NCBI GenBank assembly: GCA_002269645.1
Contig: NIVC01000749.1
Span: forward strand, 1-64,000
Length of the DNA stretch: 64,000 nucleotides
From: Macrostomum lignano
Taxonomy: Eukaryota
Reading direction: 5' to 3'
Below the pieces are notes generated by a model, which made no database searches, was not told the DNA's origin, and saw only the letters and a program-made list of their open reading frames with translations. The position numbers and the translations under genes were made by a program. The number at the start of each line of letters is the position of its first letter. The stretch's first letter is position 1. Shown here one piece after another: positions 57,554 through 64,000 of this stretch.

Positions 57554-58937
57554 TATGACAGACATGCACTTTTAACCGACGTATGACGTCGCGATGTAAT
57601 TTAAATTGAAAAGTATGTGTACATTATGTTGTCAGACGTCGATTTCTTCAACAGCCACCCCAGATTTATGTACGGGTGGCTGTTGTGCTATTTTGGATCT
57701 TATAAATATAAGTTCTGCTTCTCACCATTGCGTGAGTGAATAGTTATAGTACTCCAAGGCACTTTGACAAATATATGCACATGTACAGTGTACGTACATG
57801 TAGATGCATGCACGCAATTGAGCTCGATATCTTGCAGCTGCTCATAAATTGACGAAATTTCCGTCGAGTATAACGCAATCATATGAATCTTTACTTGTTC
57901 ATTCTGTGGCCATTTTTGTTTTCTATACTTTTTCTCGATCTTTCTGGTTAGTTTTTTTCCGAAACTTTATCCGTTTTCCTACCTTTTATCCGAAACGACC
58001 AGTTTTTTCGATAATTTTACTACAATATAACCGAAACGTCCCGTTGCCCCAGTTTACTAGTTAGCTTTAGCCAGTCAAATATTTTGGTTGTACATGTACG
58101 AACTAGATTAATAAGTTGCGATAAGCTGCCCTCGATCTAGAGGCCAGTTGAATTCAACGTGCGCATCTGTAGTTATGCCAACTACTTCTATATAGTTTCA
58201 GAGGGCTATAATTATCCTAGACTACATGATTTACCAGTAGTAGACTCTATAGAGGTCTTAGGGGGTACACGCACGACTTTTTACACGTCAAAAAACGCGG
58301 CCACACGCAGAACAGCCACACACCGAAAGGCCACGTTAAACAACTATTTGATCTAAATCAGTTGTGTAAGCGTGTAATTAAAGTGACTGTACGAGGCCAA
58401 AACCTAGCTATGCAATCCGCTAGCTCCCTAATTTAAAAATCCTGGATCAGCCACTGCCTCCAGATGTCGAGGAGTGCAGATTGTGATGAGGACGCACTTT
58501 TTCCCAAATTCCACGCTAGCACATGCGCTCTAAACTTGCTAGCCTACTAACAGCAGGCTAGCAAGCTTTTTTTTGTTTTCGTAATTTTTCTAGAATTCAT
58601 ACTAGTAGGACTTTTGTAGCTATATGAATCTGCCATACTTGTACGCTCGTAGTTATAAAAACATAGGCGTGGTTTTTTGCGGCTTTCGGGTCATAAATCA
58701 TTGCTTTTGAGCTGGTCTGACAGCCACCTGCGCCTCACTCAATGCTGAGGCTGGCGCCATGCAGATGGTCTGAGGGGATGCGGGCGGTAGCTTTTTTCTC
58801 ATCATTTTTGACAGGCCATCAGATTTATGTATTGTATTAGTATAATTTATGTATTAGTGTTGTATTGTATTGTTCGTATTGTTCGTATTTCGTATTGTTC
58901 GTTTATTCACTCAAGCGTTTGACAGCTCTGACAGCTA

Positions 58938-60246
58938 CGAGGGGCGTTCAATAAGTTTCCGGACCATAAGAGCCAGCGCACTCTAGGCTGCTCAAAATGT
59001 ACTCACATGAAAAATGTACATCTCCTGAGATTTGACATAAAATATAAAGGTTACTCAATAAACCTGAATCTCACAACTTCACTTCAAAGGCACCTATCAC
59101 CTCCAACTTCAAGTATCTATTATGGAACTGTCACGCATCCACTGGAGAGCGATGATTTTTTACGACTACAAATGTGGTCTGAACCAGTCGCAAAGCTTAG
59201 AACGGCTTCGCCTAGCCTTCGGGGATACTGCACCCTCGAGAACAACCGTCTTTGACTGGTTCGCGGAATTTCGTCGGGGCCGAGTGTCGCTCTAAGACGA
59301 GGCTTGCGAAGGATGACCCCCGAGTTTGACCACTCAGGAAGCAGTGGCTGCAGTGCAGGCCCTGGTTGAGGAAGACCCGCGGTTGACAGTGCAACAGCTA
59401 GCCACTGCTGTGGGCATTTCATCGGGAAGCACCTCAACCATCGTACATGAAAGGCTTGGCCTCAGCAAGGTGTCCACATGCTGGGTGCCTCATCACCTGA
59501 CCCAGGAGCAGAAACAGGCTCAGATCGATTGGTGCCATTCAATGCTCGAAAAATTCAATGGTGGAAGATCAACGAGCTCCTGGGACATCGTCAGTGGTGA
59601 TGAGACCTGGGTATACTGTTTTGACCCGGAGAGCAAGCAGAAGTCGGCCCAGTGGACCCCCATTGGCAGCTCGCCACCTTCAAAGCTGGTGCAGTCACGA
59701 AGCGTCGCCAAGCAGATGGTGGCTGTTTTTGTGGCTCGCAGCAGTCCTGTAGCCATGATTCCGCTGGTAACACAGCGGACGGTGACTGCGGGCTGGTATG
59801 TAACCGACTGTATGCCCCAGGTGCTGCAATCCATCGCTGAGAATCGCCCAAGGACTCGCCATCGCGGGTTGCTGCTCCACCAGGACAACGCCCCGGCCCA
59901 CACTGCGCGACTAACTGTGGAGTTCATGGAGCAGAATCGCGTCCAACTGCTTCAGCACCCACCCTACAGCCCCGACTTGGCACCATGTGACTTCTTTGTG
60001 TTCCCACAAGTCAAACGCCTGCTCAAGGGAGTCCGATTTGCATCGCCGGAACAGGACGTCGAGGCCTTCCAAAGTCACCTGTTCGACATCCCTCAGTCGG
60101 AGTTGGCTGGCTGCTTTGCTACTTGGTTTGAAAGAATGAGAAAGTGCATCGAAGCTGCTAGAGAGTACTTCGAAAAGGCCTGAAATTTATCTTCCCTCTG
60201 ACGCTTTTCATTTCTGTGCATCCGGAAACTTATTGAACGCCCCTCG
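58938..60246 (+). mobile_element. Full-length mariner (DD34D), 1309 bp
   Basis: Perfect TIR CGAGGGGCGTTCAATAAGTTTCCGGA with TA TSDs; WVPHHL, GDETW, QDNA, YSPDLAPCD (34-aa D-D spacing). Confidence 0.95.
59122..60183 (+). pseudogene. Mariner transposase with two nonsense codons
   Basis: The frame from ATG 59122 is continuous except for TAA at 59293 and TGA at 59314. Confidence 0.9.
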
Positions 60247-61260
60247 TATGCGTTTTACCCCTAAAAGTACTTTGGGATTAGCAATTAGTACGAGCGTAAA
60301 TTCTCTTCATCATCTTCACTTTCTACTTAATATAACCTTTCTAATGTATATTTTTTCATTAATTTTTGTAATTCCTACGCGAAAGATCATAAATCATTAT
60401 GTAGCGACTTTTAGTGATTTATGACCGCACCTGTCGTATTTTTATGGCCCCGAAGGAACTGATAGGATCTCTTGGTCACGTGAGTTTGGGTGGCAACAAG
60501 CTCGGCCAATCAGAAAATTCCACGTCAGTTATAACAAATCGGCTGAGCCAATCAGAATCGAGGTATTCCATTATAAAAAATTGCGGTCCAGTTGGCGGCT
60601 ATTTAAACCGATGTTTTTGGCCCGCTTGGACACCAACTGTTGCACTCTCGGGACACTCTCTGGACTCTTGCGCTCCACCCGGTTCCACTTCTGATTCCCG
60701 GAGCTCGACCGTCGTCTCTTGATCCCCGGATCGCGACTCCCCCAATCATCATCAAGGACGAATCCCCCGGTCGTCAGCAGCGAACATCAAGATTAAGAAC
60801 ATCACCTGCTAGCTATTTGCGAAGATTGTGACATCAGCATCATCCCGGGTCTACAGCTGCGAAGCACTAAGCCGATTCGGTCACTGTGGATTACCTGGTC
60901 TCCGGCTGTTGAGTTTCTGATTGGTTGGGTGAGAGGCCGCCTAGAATTGCTTGATTGGGTGATTCCTTATCTGTCCCCTGTTTCAGTAGCTGGATTAGGC
61001 GCACACTTTTGCTCATTTTGTTCAGCAGTGCTGTCATCGAGGCAGAAGTCATTCAATAATACTGCTAGTAGTCTGAAACTCCAATTCAATCTGAAGTGTG
61101 AAGTGGTCTAAGCAGAAGGTTAAATCTGACAGTTATTTTTATCGGTTTTATTTCTTTGTTCGCCGATGGCTCTGATGAATAGCTAAGCTAGTAGGCGCCG
61201 GTCACAGTGGACCAATGGCAAGGCAGTTCTCAGTCGATCAAACTATCAAATCAGTTAGCG

Positions 61261-61707
61261 AAATTGCCAATAGTGCAGAATCGGCTCCAGAGATGTACTC
61301 TGTGCACTCTAGGTTAGCCAAGCGGCTCGGGTATTGAATCAAGCGGTCTCTGATGTTTGAGTTAGCCTTTCATCAGCGCTAGTAGAGGCTGGTTGGCGCG
61401 TTGAAGGCCAAAAGTGCAATCCCTCGTATTTAGCAATGTAATAGTACATGTAACTACCCCATAGGCTCGCCACCGCAAGAATCCCCTGCACAAGTCCCCT
61501 CTGTCCCTGCATGGCCAATGCGATCAAGTCCCAGCAGTGTCCCTTAACATCGGCTATGACTTCGAGATTGACAGCAAAAAGACACTAGTTGGCAGGTAAG
61601 TGCTAAACCCCCTCTAGTCGGTAGCCCGATTTCGAAAGTTCCGGTTTGGTGAGCCAGGACGTACGGGCTGGTGGCAGCGGTTTAGTTAATCTGCGGATTA
61701 GCTGACC
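61261..61707. repeat. Interspersed repeat, inverted relative to 63556-64000
   Basis: Reverse complement aligns with 63556-64000 with scattered substitutions (roughly 85% by eye); family not identified. Confidence 0.85.
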
Positions 61708-63424
61708 ATCTTGTTGCGTTGTTAGACACCGTGGGACTTCTGTGCTGACTAGAGAGTAGTAGTACAAGCTTGTTGAGTTTCGCCTTGTAAGCAAGCAGTT
61801 GGATCTGATCTTCAGTTGTGTAAACAAACTCAGTTGAGTACAGCTCACGGCCTTGATGGTTTTGCATCTCCAGCGGCACTTCCCGTCTGTGCAGCCGTAT
61901 CGAACCTAGCAGCGACATATTCCTTTGCAGTAAATATCTTGCTAGTGCTAGAGAGCAGAAGAAATTGTCGACGGTCACTCCAATTCCTGATCCTTGTAAC
62001 CCTTCCGTCAACTTCAAAACGACGTGCTCACCAAGGCTTGCCTCACGCTCTTCCTCACGGCCAACATACATAAGGATATTCCAGCAGTACCCAGTAGCCG
62101 CATCGTTTAGGCACCAGAACTTCAGCCCATACTTGGCAGGCTTCTTTGGCATGTACTGTATGTAGCTGCATCTTCCTCTATAGGGAAACAGCTGTTCGTG
62201 TACAGTAACAGCTTCATTAGGAAAGTAACTCTTCTGTGAGTTCTGGACAAGTCCGTCAAGCAGCAACCTCACAGCGGCAAGCTTATCTCTTTGCAGTCGC
62301 GCATTTCGAGTTTCGCGGTTGTCAAATCGCAGAAATCGGCGAATAGTCTTGAAGCGCGTCAAAGACATGGAGTTCTTGAAAACCTTTCTTCCGAATTCCT
62401 CACTCCAGAGCTCATCGATGCTCTCCATGCTTCCTTTGAATACTCCGCGAAGAATGTTTAGGCCAATGAAGGCATCGATTTCCTCTCTAGTAGTTGGATT
62501 CCAAGCATTTCCAAGAACTCTCCTAGCTTCGCGGTTGGTCTCTATCACAATTGTGTCAACCATGTCATTGTCAAAGATGACGTGGAAAGCCGACTCTTCA
62601 TCGTGAATGCGTGCTGCAGCGTAAGCTGTGATTCCAGGTCTATTGCGCAAGATGTTACAGGCTGGCCTCTGTCCAGGACGTGGAGTTTCACGGTGCCATA
62701 CTTGACCACAAGGACTGCGATAACCTCTTCCAAAATCAGCAGCAGCAGCTGCGGCAGCAATTGCAGCAACAGGCGATGCTGGCATTGATGAATCACTAGA
62801 TGCGTCTTCAACATCGGGCAAATCAATATCTTGTTCGGCTTCAGCAATATCCGAAAGAGCCTCGTCTTCGTCCGATACTTCAGCGTCAATATGGGCTTCT
62901 GGGTGAGCAACTGGTTGGTTCATAATCACTTCAAGAGCTCTAGACTTAGCAGCTCTTACGTCCATCGGTCTAGAAGAACCCATTTCGTAAATTTTCGCAA
63001 ACACTTGCTGAGTAAATGCTTGGTATAGTAGCTTTCTCTATGAATCAGCTGGAAATCTTTTGTTATAGAATAGCTATTTTCACAAGATTAGGGCAAGAGG
63101 GCGCTCCTTATATACCCAACAGCTATATATGGAATATTCTAGAAATAGAAAATATTAGAAAGTTTAGAAAATATTGCACAGCCCCAACCGACCTTATGTC
63201 TTTCAATTATATAAATATAGCTATACCCCAAGAACCCCCAATATAATAAGTTCACTTGGTGAACAGCGCTTAGATAAAACAAGAACAACGAGGTTTACAT
63301 GGTTGAATACCTTCAAAAATAATAACTCTCCTAAGATCTGGTTGTTTTAACATAATATTAAGTATGAATTTGTTCTAAGTAAAGACACCGTTGGGGACCA
63401 ATGGACCCCAATATCTTTCGAGGG
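61708..63424 (-). mobile_element. piggyBac element, 3'-truncated; transposase ORF 63004-61682
   Basis: RFLRFDN, TVHEQL (D to H at the first catalytic Asp), YMPKKPAKYGLK, VTVDNFF; 5' end CCCT at 63424 preceded by a TTAA-like ctaa. Confidence 0.9.
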
Positions 63425-63555
63425 TTAGAGTCCTGGCCCCCCACTCCTGTCAAGACGGTCAGCCCCCAAGGTAGCTTGATCTGTGGCGAGCAGTCTAGGT
63501 CCTATAGCTAAGAGAGGGACAGCGAGAGACAAACAGGGAGAATTTTGAAGGTAGA

Positions 63556-64000
63556 GGTCAGCTAATCCGCAGATTAACTAACTCGCTGCCACCAGCCCGT
63601 ACGTCCTGGCTCACCAAACCGGAACTTTCGAAACTGGGCTTCCGACTAAAAGGGGCTTTATACTTACCTGCCAACTAGTGCCCTTTTGCTGTCAATCTCA
63701 AAGTCATAGCCGATGATAAGGGACACTGCTGGGACTAGATCGCATTGGCCATGCAAGTACAGAGGGGACTTGTGCAGGGGATTCTTGCAGTGGCGAGCCT
63801 ATGGGGTAGTTACATGCACTATTACATTGCTAAATACGAGGGATTGTACTTTTGGCCTTCAACGCGCCAACCAGCCTCTCGTAGCGCTGATGATAGGCTA
63901 ACTCGAACTTTAGAGATCGCATGATTCAGTCCCGAGCCGCTTGGCGAATCTAGAGTGCATAGAGTACATCTCTAGCGCCGATTTTGCACTTTTGGCAATT
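63556..64000. repeat. Second, inverted copy of the 61261-61707 repeat (runs off the window)
   Basis: Direct sequence comparison. Confidence 0.85.

Noticed and set aside
56750-58050. Possible Mutator-like element (acgggacgtttcgg inverted at 58032; internal aaatttcgagcttatg repeats)
   Set aside because: Only a 14-bp inverted match and no TSD identified.
60400-60855. Possible solo LTR starting TGTAGCGAC
   Set aside because: No matching TSD at either candidate CA end and no second copy in the window.
63660-63670. ATACTTACCTG, identical to the U1 snRNA 5' end
   Set aside because: No U1 stem-loops or Sm site follow; it is simply the reverse complement of a consensus 5' splice site in the repeat.

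Overview
Eukaryotic (invertebrate-animal-like) genomic DNA, very rich in transposable elements; the species cannot be determined from the sequence. The host backbone is on the minus strand. It carries a complete 6-exon dipeptidyl peptidase III gene (DPP3 copy B, exons at 38675-38305, 38037-37776, 26151-25853, 9391-9016, 8580-8161 and 6101-5670; 719 aa; HELLGH and EECRAE zinc motifs). A compact tandem paralog (copy A, exons 1-4, 4831-1800) follows directly and runs towards the left window edge. Further upstream is a partly reconstructed spliced gene with a kinesin-3-like FHA domain. Introns and intergenic DNA hold Gypsy LTR elements and solo LTRs, Tc1/mariner, hAT, Harbinger, piggyBac and Crypton remnants, MITEs, tRNA-derived SINEs and minisatellites; many boundaries were resolved by target-site duplications (TSDs). 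The standout object is a 7.06-kb DNA transposon (16248-23309) in DPP3-B intron 3. Its inverted arms are built from 161-bp tandem arrays (7 and 13 units). Its single intact ~978-aa ORF fuses a C2H2 finger, HTH, PIF/Harbinger-ISL2EU-type DDE transposase and degenerate SWIM finger to a USP-family deubiquitinase with intact catalytic residues. Second is a decayed, intron-containing element (28.1-34.2 kb) encoding a BEN-like protein and a zinc finger-tyrosine recombinase-PWWP protein. All domain calls are by-eye motif recognition; no database searches were run.
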